A DNA stretch of 64,000 bases from NCBI GenBank assembly GCA_965655095.1, contig OZ296657.1, positions 27,652,001-27,716,000 of the forward strand. Reading direction: 5' to 3'. Below are positions 36,382-48,500 of the stretch, piece by piece. A model generated the notes under the pieces. That model did not search any database. It had not been told where the DNA came from and saw only the letters and a program-made list of their open reading frames with translations. Position numbers and translations under genes: made by a program. The DNA comes from Haplodiscus bocki (lineage: Eukaryota). Numbering within the stretch: position 1 is the first letter of the stretch; every line of letters starts with the position of its first letter.

Positions 36382-37072
36382 CAGTAGTGATTTTAATTAT
36401 TGCGATAACTTTAATGCAAAAGCCAACTTTGAGCACGATTAACTTCGGGATTAATCGTTTTGGACCCAAGTACCAGAAACAAAATATTCGTAGAATTTTT
36501 AGGAGATTATAATGGTGTTTGTTTGAAAAATTTCCAACGAATAGAGCAAAAACTAGAAAATGCGTTTTGGCCAAATTGTTCATTCTTTTGAGAATTTCGT
36601 AACTTTAAAAAATTAATATTGGAATTTCACTTCATCAATAGATGCTCCTGATATTACTGCGACAGTTGATATCATCTGTCGGCGGAAAAGTTTTCAAAAA
36701 CTTATCCAAAATTCATCTTGAATCTATTAAATGTGAAAATCAATGTATTAAAATCGGATGTTAAATTTACACTTTTACTTTTTGCAATTTCTTCTGAAAA
36801 TTCAAAGTTGGGAAAAATATTTTGAAGATAACCTTTCTGGGGAATAACCTAAACTAATAAATTATGTATTTTGTTTCTTGCTATCTTGCGTCATTTTCAA
36901 GATTTTTCACGGAAACTGCCAAAATTAGTCAACATTCGCAATGCTTGCATGGTTTACCTACTCAACTTTGGGGCGCAATTTTCTACCTCTTTGAAGTAAT
37001 TGTTTTGGCAAATAAAATAGCCATGTCGTAGCCCTGTTCATGAGCTTTCTCAGAGTACTTTTGTTTACTCGA
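36382..37072 (-). mobile_element. Truncated inverted copy of the 9103-9873 MITE
   Basis: TA-cagtagtgattttaatt TIR; reverse-complement match to about 9187-9873. Confidence 0.85.
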
Positions 37073-37850
37073 GTTGTGTGAATATACGAAAGTCATAAGA
37101 TGAACTATGCAACATTATGCCGTTGAATCCAAGAGGCTTGAGAGACTACGTGCTGAACGGATGACGTTCTTCGGCGTCTTGGATATCTTGGCAAGATTTT
37201 CAAAGTGAGATTTTTAGATCTAAAGAGCTTTGACATGGTTTTCTTGGAATCTTTTAAAAAGGCTATGGATGGGGGTCATAATCGGAAACGGCTCAAATTT
37301 TTCAAGCATCTTCGCTTACAAAGTTATGTCTCTGGAACCTATAACAAACCGTGAACAAGTCGGTGCGCCCGCAAACCTCGACGTGAGTTTCCGAATGTTT
37401 TTGTATCAAAGTACGTCCTTTAGTATTAATTGGGGCACGCTTTAGTCTTTCAAAATATATGATTTTCAAAAAAATTGAAAAAAACATTGGAGAGTATCAC
37501 AATTTTTGTGCCCTAACCGGTTTCCCTCGAAGCCGAATAAATCGTTGCGTTTATTCTGAGTTGTTTTTGTCACCGTTTAGTATTTGCCGCCACTTTTACG
37601 TCGTGCCTAATCACTTTAACTCAGAACGTGAGCAATAGAGAAACCAGTCAGAAATGGCAGTTCTCATGGCTTGAAAAAAATACTGCTTTAGTGGGGCTTG
37701 TTTACACGTGCTAAATAAAAACGCCATTGTATGACTTTTACGGACATAGAATTTAAGAACAGCTACGACACCTTTTTATACACGTTGCTGTAGTTTCACG
37801 TTGAAGACTCGCAATAATTATTGAATTTATGGAACTTCTTCTTTTGTCAG

Positions 37851-38302
37851 GAATGGAACAATTCAACAACATGACAGATTTGTACATTCGCAACGGAGAC
37901 GGCTTTTTGATCGTGTTTAACATGGTTGACCTCTCCTCTCTGACGCACGTGATCAAACTACGAGACCACATAGTCAGAGTGAAGGACCCTACCAATGGAG
38001 GCAACGTTGCCATGCTCCTAGTGGGGAACAAGCGTGACCTTGTCACATCTAATCAACAGCTGCACGCGGCTACCACTCTAGCACACCAATGTGCATTGCC
38101 TTATATGGAAACTTCGGCCAAGTCAGCCTTGAATGTTGATCTGGCTTTCACAAATCTGGTGCAAAATATCATAATCAACGAGTTGGCTCAAACCTCGTCC
38201 AGTGCCCACGGCGGCAATCATGCTTCCTCGGGCTTCGCCAAGTTAGCCGCATCACATTTCACTAATCGCAGAAGTTCAACGCGAAAATGTGTCATCCTAT
38301 GA
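37851..38302 (+). CDS. Rap-like Ras-family small GTPase, exon 2
   Basis: Acceptor cttttgtcag; join gives DTAGMEQF..DLYIRNGDGF; VGNKRDL (G4), ETSAKS (G5), CAAX CVIL. Confidence 0.9.
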
Positions 38303-39389
38303 TTCTAACTCTATTGAAATCACGACAAAATTCATTACTTCTTGTGGCCATCATAATCTTTTCTCCTTTTTTCTTGAAAAATAATTTTTATATGAATCTG
38401 GAGATAAAGTTGGAGATTTTACGTAGATTTCAGACGCTTTAAAGAATTAAGCAATCCTTACTTTAGATAAATTGTAGGTTACAGTATGGCTGTGAGAATA
38501 TCTTTGGAAAATAGTATTTGAAATAGCTTTAAATGAAACCGAGTTGGAATTTTTGTTTTTCTGGAGAAAGCTGAAATATTCATCATTTCGATCGATTTAT
38601 ATTTATTGATATCATGCCGATATTTTTTTGTCAATTGATGTATCTTTCCTCTTTCGTTAATTCCAAATTTGTATTCCCAATGAACCATTGCCGATTATTT
38701 GAATGCTTAATGTGCAATATAATTTTGTATATGTTGGGCTTTATTTGTAATCCTTCCGCGTGACTGTCGTCATTCTCAATTTTTGTAGCGTACTTTACGT
38801 TCTACCACTGTAGGCAGCAATGTGCATTTCTATTCTTAGTTTATTTTTTCAATTTTCAAAAATTGATTTTTATAATTCTCATTCGCGAAAACATTTTAAA
38901 TAGTCAATTTAGCAGTCGTCATGAGGAAAATAGCCTGTATTACTGCTTGAAAATTCAGATATTTTCCTGTTTGCGAAATTTCATCAACTTTTGAAGTTAA
39001 TGTAACTGACCCTGTGTATTTGAGGTATTTCCAGGTAACATCTGAGCAAAATGACTACTATATCTGAAGGCGGTCTTTGATATATGTTCGAGCCGAAAAG
39101 ATTGTGATTTAAATTTTTCATCTAAAATGATTATTTTTGCAATCAGCTATTACTAGTTAAAATAAATTAAATAGAAATGTACATCACTGATAGACAATTG
39201 CTGACAAATGAACTACTACTAGCTCGAACGTTGAAATAATCCAATTCTGGAGAGGGTGATGCAATGATTGCGCTCGAGGATTTTGGTGCTTAATTTGAAC
39301 TGGAGCCCATTGAATAGATTTAATTTGATTTAATTTTTTACAATGGAAATCTGAATTAATGTTATGCTTCGTATTTTGAAAGGAACTTT

Positions 39390-41170
39390 TTTGTGCCATA
39401 AGATCATAATGCTTTCCAATAACCAACACATTATTCTGCTACTTGCTTGCGTAAAAACCAAATTGGAATATAAGGAAATTGAATTTAGTAGTCCGCTATT
39501 CCGTACAAACTGAACTTAAAGTATGATTTGGATCAAACTCTCAATAATAATTATTAGCAGTAACAACTTAGGGACTACAACCAGTCTGTTATTAATCAGC
39601 GCATGGGTGGTTTAATCTGGTCTGCGAGCCTAACATCAATTAGGTCTTCAAATGACCTCTAATAACTGTATACTACATTCCACTCTCTTCGGGGTACAAG
39701 TACCACGTTATTTGGTTCAAGACAACTGCTGGTCTTTGATTGACAACTGGAATTTTCAGCGTAGATTTTCTAATGTTTTGCCATTCAGCTGGTCGATGTT
39801 TCTCTTGGGCCCCGGGTGAGCTATTTCCATTGCAATTTGATCAGTCCTATCACTGGTATCGGGAGCCCGATTTAATGAACCAGCTTGACATTTCTGCGGC
39901 TCTTTAGCCTTTGCTACTCCGTTTTTCTCTTCCATGGGTTTTGAGAAGTTGTTGCAAATATTGGCACCTATTTTTTAACCATGTTAGGATAAGTAGCTAG
40001 TTCTGTTTCGGGCCCGAATCCTCCTTATCAAAGTCCATTACTTTGGATACCAGTTTCATCTGCTGTTTCGATTGTATGCTTCGTTGCTTTGAAAATTTTT
40101 ATAGGTTCTTTGTTGTTAGATTTGGCAACCTATCAGTAAAATTTTGGGACATAACTCCAGTTTTGCATTTCTTCCGGCATTGGCTCTTCAGTTGATATTC
40201 GTGCTGCTAATTGTCTATTGGTTTTCCATGAATGATGATTCATCAGTCAATTTATAGTACTTTTGGTGTTACCGACGAAGTTCTGTATGTCTTTCTTCGG
40301 TTCACGGCCAAATACACTTCAAAGGGTGGCTTCCCAATCCGTGTGTGGATAGTCGTTTGCATTGTTTGTAAGGACAATTCCAGACTTTTAGTTAGGCTTC
40401 TCCCTGCTTCTTTGTTCGCTCTGAGAAAGTTGTTCAAAGTTTATTGTTCTTTCTATCACCCGCATCATCGTCCTAAATTGAGGAGTCCCGGAAAAAATTC
40501 AATATATCTTTGCTCACAAATCTCTGAAACATTTCCCCCGAGAAAGCAGATTAACTGTCACTTCTTTTTTTGGGTATGACCTTGAGTGCTGTATATGCTT
40601 CCAAAAAAAGGAATTCTGATTGCGCCACTAACTTCGATGATTTTTTCAAAATTATTGCCTTGTCGAAACTTTTCCTGTGCCAACTCGATGGATATAATTG
40701 TGATGGTGGATCGCAAATCTATCACAAAGCGCAAAATCGGTCGAAATCTTGTTAGGGTACAATTTTTATCTGTTGAAATCATGTATCGGTTGTATTTGAT
40801 TAACGGTAAAGATAATGTCGATTGGTTTTTCGCTGTCTGCACCCTCTGATTGCCTGTTCCTTGCCGTCGTTTTGATCGTAGTTGAATTGCTCCACTATTC
40901 TTCGCTACTTGAAGTAAACTATAAGTGCTATTATAACTTTGAATGGCTAGTAAAATGAAAAGTGTAAACTTTCATTACTGCGTCTAAGAGTATTCTGTTC
41001 TTTGGTAACCTGAAAACCAAAGTGGAATACCAGGAAATTGAATTTAGTTGTTGGTTATTCATGCATATATGATTTAGATCAAACACTAATAGTCAATACC
41101 AGTCACAATTAGCGTAATACAATGTTTCGTGTCATAAGATGATAATGCTTTCCTATTACCAACGTAAGAG
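39390..41170 (-). mobile_element. Decayed LTR-retrotransposon fragment with direct repeats
   Basis: Integrase C-terminal-like MQTTIHTRIGKPPFEVY; direct repeats 39431-39580 and 40990-41122. Confidence 0.5.
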
Positions 41171-41303
41171 ACTTCGGTAATCTGATTCAAGCGGAATGGT
41201 TCAATTATTGATGAATTATGGTACCCCGAAAAATCTAAATATTAAATACCTCTGATAATTTTTGAATGAAGGTCGCATCGATGTTTTCATATCACGGTAA
41301 GCT

Positions 41304-41574
41304 TTATTAACTGCCACACTTGATTAACCGCCACAAATAGCTGAACAAGAGTTGGCAGATAATTGAGGGCTCTCTTATTTTCTCCCTCTGTTTTCTACGG
41401 AAGGAAAGTGAATATTTGTGATCAAACAAATTGATTGGAGGTAGACAATGGATTCGTTTGACTATATCTGTCATCCATTTGCATTAATATGTTAGAATAT
41501 TAGAAATTTGAATCAAATCATTCCACCTGTGTAATCTTTCTGCTCATCCGGAGTCAAGTGTGGCCAGATAATAA
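41304..41574. mobile_element. Small MITE-like element
   Basis: Inverted repeat ttattaactgccacacttga / tcaagtgtggccagataataa. Confidence 0.4.
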
Positions 41575-42252
41575 AATTCTTCTAAAATAATCTGATACGT
41601 ATCATGTACGTTCCCTCATCTATAAATTTCCATAATTTGTAATGTGATCAGAAATATTTAAAATGAGTTATTTTTCATCAAATTTTGCAATTGTTAATAT
41701 GGATCCATTGTTTTTTTTATCAGTGAAAAAAACATTAAAAACTCAATTTTGAAGTTTCCATGGACAGATTCATTCCCGTTTGAGGAGTTTAAAATCTAAT
41801 GTTGTTAGCCGTGAAAAAGAACAAGAAAATGAGAAAAGAATGTATTGGGTCCTTAATTTTTGTCTCATTTCTCAATTTCTCTGCTGTAATTACTAGGTTG
41901 CGCTGCGGAGGGTCAGCTTTTTCGAGTGCGACGTTTTACAAAACTGAAGAATTGGTGATGCCATATGGGGTATTATGATATGGAAATTCAAATGAGCAGA
42001 AACTTTATTGAGATTGAAAAAATTGGACTTAAAACGAACTTTTGCTGAGCAATTCTGAGCCATAAAACGAGGTGATCCCATTTCTGCAGCTAAGAATTGT
42101 CTCCCATGGTGTAAGATTGGCAGTGTGGAACTTATATTGATTGCTTACCAAATTTTTGGAATTTTTGATAAGCTCAAAGTATACACGTGCAGTATTTCAT
42201 TCAAAAAACTAAACTTCCAGGATTTAGCCAATAAGCAATAGTCAAGACGAAC

Positions 42253-43926
42253 ATGTCGCAAGAAGTTTTGGAACAAGACAAACATCAAGCCTCTTTTGTA
42301 GCAGGAAACAACGTTGAGCCAGTTGCATCTGTAGTATCCTCAGAACTTGTCTCCAAAAGCCAGAGCGACTGGATTGAGTGTGGCTCGCTTCCAGAAAAAG
42401 GGAAGCGAAGTGAGATAGAAGTTGGAAAATGGATCCTTTGTGTGGCTGAAAACCTTTTCGAGAGTTCCTCTCAGAGCAAGGTCAAGAAAATTGACACGAT
42501 TTGGGCGAAAGTTGTCACGAAAGTAGCGTCTGGTGATATTTGTTTTGCAAAACGCACTCGCAATGGATACCAAAATGACGAGACCCAAAATTTGGTCTTT
42601 ATCTATTCCGAGAACTGTGGGGATGTACAGTCTGTGTTACATGTGGCGACTTTAATCAAGAACGATATTTTCGATGACTTTCACGTAATTTATTATTTCA
42701 AGGAAACTGATTTCGATTGGGGAACTTATTACAGATGTCAGCAGATGCTGTATAAATTCACATCTGATGGTCAAATGTTCAAGTTGAACAGAAGTGATCT
42801 GTGGTCTTCCAAAAACTCAACTCAAGATTTAGCTTCCTTTCGTGCCCGAGTTGACGAGTGCGAAAACTCGAGTTATAGAAAAATGGAAGTCGTGTCCAAT
42901 GAGGAACCAAACGATAATGTAACAGCCTTTGTGGAGTCAATCATCGATGGCGCTTTAGAAAAAGTCGTCAAAAGTAAAATGAAATTTTTAAAACCTTCAG
43001 TGGATGACGAAGTTCTGGATGTGGACAAGTCGCAAAGTTTTGAAGAGAAGTTGTCTGATTTCGCTCCCGAGATTAACAGTGAGCTGCTCAGTTCTCAGAA
43101 GTTTGCTAAACTAGCTTCGCCCGAGCATTTCGAATCTTTTGACGCAAAAGTCCAAGCATCTCGAGCCATTGACGAAAATTTGTCCAGTATAGAAGAACGT
43201 ATCAAAGCTTTCCAGTTAGTTCATGATGCAGTGGAACAAAATGGAGTGTCGAAAACTTTTGGGCCCCCTGAACATAATCTTGGTAGAATGAGTTCTACAT
43301 ATGCAGGTGATGTCCCCGAAGCCTCAAGAGCTGATGCTAGTAGCGTTGAAGATGAATCGTTTATCAGCAACTCGGAAAAGGGTTCCCGTCTTGGATCTGT
43401 GGATATTTCAAACGTGGACAAAAACTGGAATGCTCTGAAAGTCTCTTTTGAGCAAAGCACAAATGATACTTTGAGCAAGATGTCAGAATTCAGTGATAGG
43501 CTGAAAAACATGCGATCTCGCGTCTCTGTTGAGGACGCGGAAGATCAGGGATCGATGGGTTTGAAGTCTTTCAGGTTGAAAATCAACGAGCATCAGAGGT
43601 TAAATGAAGAAAAACTGGCCCAAATGAAAGAAAAAATCAGTGAGATGCGGCAGAATTTCCAAAACAAAACAGCGTTGAATCAAGATAGTACAAGCAATGC
43701 GTTTCAAGTGTTCTGTCATTCTAAAACCCAAGCTACTGAGTGTCGAGATTTAATTGCCAATTTCGAGGAGAAACGAAGTCAACATCGCCAAACTATTGCG
43801 GACATGAAACGACGAGTTAATGAAGCTCTAGAGAGGATCAAAAACTTGAGTGCGCATTCGCAAGAGTTTGTAGGGTGTTACCATGACGCTGAAAAATGGC
43901 TGCCAGTTGAAATGAATAATGAATGA
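42253..43926 (+). CDS. DUF1917/C11orf68(Bles03)-like eIF4E-fold domain plus C-terminal coiled coil; intronless
   Basis: GKWIL...IDTIWAKV...GDICFAK...LVFIYSENCGDVQSVLHVA...YFKE.DF..G.Y; E/K/Q-rich helical C-terminus. Confidence 0.7.
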   Translation: MSQEVLEQDKHQASFVAGNNVEPVASVVSSELVSKSQSDWIECGSLPEKGKRSEIEVGKWILCVAENLFESSSQSKVKKIDTIWAKVVTKVASGDICFAKRTRNGYQNDETQNLVFIYSENCGDVQSVLHVATLIKNDIFDDFHVIYYFKETDFDWGTYYRCQQMLYKFTSDGQMFKLNRSDLWSSKNSTQDLASFRARVDECENSSYRKMEVVSNEEPNDNVTAFVESIIDGALEKVVKSKMKFLKPSVDDEVLDVDKSQSFEEKLSDFAPEINSELLSSQKFAKLASPEHFESFDAKVQASRAIDENLSSIEERIKAFQLVHDAVEQNGVSKTFGPPEHNLGRMSSTYAGDVPEASRADASSVEDESFISNSEKGSRLGSVDISNVDKNWNALKVSFEQSTNDTLSKMSEFSDRLKNMRSRVSVEDAEDQGSMGLKSFRLKINEHQRLNEEKLAQMKEKISEMRQNFQNKTALNQDSTSNAFQVFCHSKTQATECRDLIANFEEKRSQHRQTIADMKRRVNEALERIKNLSAHSQEFVGCYHDAEKWLPVEMNNE

Positions 43927-44409
43927 GTAGTAAAAACTATGTTTTGAACTGAATCGATGTTAAGTTGAGTTATCTTGTTGAAAAGTTAGTATATTCCAAT
44001 CCAACAATTGAGAAACACTATCTGTATAATATATTGTTGTTGAGAAATCGTGGGTGTTATCGTACAAATTCGGATTAGAGGTTGCTTATGATACTCATTG
44101 AATCCAAATGTTTGTTAGATTTTGATTTGTGCGGAATTGTTTCTGAGAAAAAATGGAATTATGAGTTTCCCTTGAGCTGGTAAGTAGAGAATTTTGTATG
44201 CAAAGTTGGAAATTCTTTTTCAAATTCTCTCCTTGCTCTGAAATCATGCTGAACTTCGTTGATTTATTGTTTTCCCTTATATTTATATGGCAGGAAAATC
44301 ATCTCGCCCCGTGAGTTCTTTACGTAAACTTGCCAATTGCCCGAATCTGACAAAATTGCACTTTTCTGAATTACATTTTTGCCACCAAATTGTCGCAAAT
44401 ATGCTGTAT

Positions 44410-45571
44410 GGCTCTACGACAATTCGGACCAAAGACGAATTCGGACTGAAAACCAGATTGGGACCAAAGACAAATTCGGACCCAATTTTGAAACTCGGCC
44501 CAAATTATTTCGCTAATTAACTTATATACTTAATTAGTATATAAGCTTAACTCAATTTATTTTCTGAAAGTATACCAATTTTGCAAACAGTTCTGTTATA
44601 AATTACCCGGGTGGCATTAACTTTGTTCTTTGGGGGCTGTAGATATCGCAGTAAACGTCCCAATAGATAGAACTCCAGAATGACTTTTGAAGCAACAAAC
44701 TGAGAACGGCCAGATTCGGTTCTGCCCGTAAGTCTCAAAAGACTCGTGGAGGATTTTCTGTCTTATTCAAAGTTTCTTCGAGAATTTTATTTTTGAAATT
44801 GCAAAGGGTGTATGACGATTTTGAGGATTAGTATTTTCCGCCCATAGTTCAACGTAGGAGAAAAATAATTCACTCGCCACATGCGTTCTTTTACGTAAAA
44901 TTGTCAACTGCACGATTCTAGAAAGTTATGTTTTTTTCTATGTCGGAAGAAGTAACAAAAATTCTGTGGAATCCATTTTTTTCTGAAATGCACTTCTTAC
45001 AAAATTTTTGTCTTTAATGCTTTTGGCAAAATTGTAAGTTAGATATTAGGGTCTTCTCAGGGCAATTTCGTGAAATTTTAATTTTGAAAAATTAAAGTGC
45101 ATTTGCTTCGAAACGCTTTTCTGGACGCAATTTGCTTTTTCCAAAATCTTTCCAATTAGAAATCTCTAATTTCCAAAGAGAACCCATTTTTCCCTCTAAA
45201 ACACACTTTTACCAAAGTTAGAAAAAAAGGATCCGTGTGGTAGTGGTAGCCAGTCATCTTGTTCTAATTTGTCTTCAACGCATTTTGACACAAAATTGGA
45301 AAACGGAAGTTTTTGGTAGCTTTCAAGGCATTGCGAAATGCCAAAGTTTTGAAACTTACAAGATCAAATGGCCTGTATAATATTTTTGTACGAATTCATT
45401 TACACTTCTAATTGGCGATAATTACTATGATGAGCTACGTTTGTCAAAGATTTTATAAACGCTGCTAATTACCACTAATTAGAGGTAATCAAAATAGTGG
45501 GCTGAATTTATCTTCGGTCCGAATCTGTCTCTGGTCCGAATTTGGTATTTGGTCCGAATTGTCGCATCACC
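44410..45571. mobile_element. Non-autonomous MULE/Mutator-like element
   Basis: GG...CC termini, TIRs built of 19-bp aattcggacc subrepeats, perfect 9-bp TSD atgctgtat. Confidence 0.88.
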
Positions 45572-48500
45572 ATGCTGTATAATGCAAATTAAATGGTACC
45601 AATTTTAAAAACATCTTTTCGACCGAAATTTAGGCTTGTTCTGCGTTCTCGATTTGCATTAACTTTGCTACTGAACCCTTCAATTAATTAATCATTGACA
45701 AACAGGAAAATTCATTGAAAAAAGTGTGGTAAAATCAAGATCACATAATTTTAGTTAGTAAGGATTCCATGCCAACGTCACCCAACCTGAAACCTCAAAC
45801 AAAAACATTTAAATTTGCGAAAGCCTTAAGCACAGATTGGAAGGAAATGAAGCACCGTGAACGCAGAACTTATAAACCACCAAAACGTCAGTTTCGTCAT
45901 GTTGATATTCAATAATTACACTTGCGCAAGCAAGTGTTATATCACAGGCATCTGTGGACTTTTTCTCTCGATCCCTTCACAACTAGCATTTGTCCCAACG
46001 TTCTAATGTTGCCTAGATTTTGTTCATGCGCTCTCACTTTCTTGCAAAAATTTGTTCATGCCCTCTCGCTCAGTTGCAGAAATTCTTTTGTATGGCCTAT
46101 TTTTCAGCGTGCGCGCTTGCTTTTACATATTCTGACGGGAACGAAGAATATGTATTGGGAACCAGCTTGTATACTTTTATAAATCCTGTCCCAAACTCGA
46201 ATTTTGTGATGTCATCAGAGAATCTAATCTAGTTTAAACGGCCAAGACGTACCCTTTTTGGCAGTTACTTGTTCATTTTCGCGTTTTTTTGTGCATTTTT
46301 CTTGAACATTAAGCAGCAAAATGGCCTGACTTTAAAAGACATGATTGACATATCAAAGCTTCGAGTGAGACCCTGTGTCAGGTACTTGTCTCAATTTGAA
46401 TTTGTCGAGTTAACTTTTGATTTCTGAAAGTATGAATCACATTTCCGATCTTAGTTTCAAATGCTTTCTGGGATCGGACATCCCAACTCCGTGCTGTGAA
46501 AGTCAAAAGTTTATCATTTTCTTTTGAAACTTAGGAAACCGTAATGCTCAAACAAGCCCGGAACGGCTGAAGTCGGGGCTGCCCGTATGGCTCAAAATGT
46601 CCATGGGAGAACTTTTTTGGGAAATTTTCGCTCACCTGACATGATGCTTGATATAATTGAGTTTTTATTTTCCTAAAATTATCGTCTCACGTGGCCCAAT
46701 ATTTCACGGAGTGCCTTTGGTACAATATAAGCTGCCTTAGCGAGATTGTGAATGATAATTTTTTGCTACATGTTTCAGTCGTTTTAATGGGGACCAATTA
46801 TTTTCCCAAATTTCTAGCTTCGGTGGTAGGTTTTTGATTTTTTTTTAGTTTTTGCGGTTTCAATTATTTTTACCAGTATCCGTTAAGTACTGTAAAAATG
46901 GTGTTTTCTTGTTTTTAGTACGTTTTCGAAAAGTTTAGTGGACGTGAGTTGTGAAGCCGCCTTAAAGTTTTGAAGAGGCAGAATCGTGTAGGCAGGGGCT
47001 GTAAGCAGGGGGTTCTTACATGTTAGGAAATGGAAAATCTGAGAGCAGCTCAAAGTTGTCAATGCCCATGTGTCGGAAGCGAATATTTCAAAAACTTTTT
47101 GCCCCACAGAAAAAAGTTGACCAGGGACGCCATTTTGTGTTGCCAAAAGTTTCTGGTATTGGAATTTTTTTGCGGGTGGAGGTATCGCGATTTTTTTGTG
47201 TATATGGCAATTTTTTGTCAAAAATTAGTGCAGACAATTCTTAGAGGACACCTTGGAAATCTCTGTTGTCAAAAAAGTATGCATAAACGGGGGTACCACG
47301 ATTTTTCGTAGAATTTTTTTTGTCTCACACTACCGAAAGAATTCGTTTAAGGGTGTTTTTGGTTTTTTTGACTACTTGAACGTGCTTGTTGACGGTACTT
47401 GAATGCTTCAAAATAACGGTACATTTAAAGTTTTGGAGCTCTGAAAATTCAAAGCGGGTAATAATAGTAAACAGGACGTCTGGACTTCTTAAAAGTTGGC
47501 ACATACCCCCTGTCAATTATCAAAATTGACACATGCGCTGAATCTCATGGTGATATTTTAGGTTTAGTTTTTGAAAGTTGTGTACTTATTTATATTTGAC
47601 CAGAATGATGCAACTTCCTTGATGTTTTTTTAGGAGTCACAAGTCCTTTTTTATTGACAAGTGAATTAAGAACTTTTGAATCGGTTTTGCATCTTGTTGA
47701 CTACTAATAACCTTTTTGAGAGCTTTAATTTTTTTTTCACTTAACGTTTTGGACGCCTAGTTTTGTTCATTTTTGCGTTATTTGATTTGTATATCTTTTC
47801 ATCTTTCGGCTGCAAACTGGAGGCTCTGAAAAAACACGACTGACAGATCAACTTTTCGAGTATTAGGCATCATGACGACTTGTCTCCGTTCGATCTTTTC
47901 GAATAACCTTTGGATAGACAGATGGTGGAGTATTTCTTAAAGTGTCAGTAATGTATCCAATCAAAATTCAAATGTCTTCAGGACGCTCATTATGTCAACT
48001 TGAAAGTTGATTGGAACTGACAAGTCAGATTTTGTTGCAAAATTCCGCTTCGCCTCTGTAATTTAATATGAGGAGACTATAGGCATTCGTGCTTGTTAAA
48101 TTTGTATACAAATTCATGAGATATACCTGAGTTGACTAAATTTTCAAGTTGTTTAATGGGTAGCTTTTGTAGTAATGAGTAGCTTTTGTAGTACCATGGC
48201 TCCTTTAAAAATCAATTATAGTTCTTGTTCGACGTGTTCACTGATATTCCGCTGGCGCAAGTATTGCGAAGCACAGTTTTGCCTCTTTTGAAGTTGAGTA
48301 GCAGCACGTTAAAATTCTTCCGACTGGTTTCCCTGTCAGTCGTCCAGCAACTCCATCTGTGTTGGTGTACATTTCAACTCGCGAGAGGAGTCAATTCCTC
48401 TGGATTTGAAGTCATTTAGTAGCCAGACAATGTCCGTTTCTTTTAGTAGTGGGTTTTTGCTTCACTTTGGTCTTGTTTGGAGTCGGCAGCTAGTCATCTA

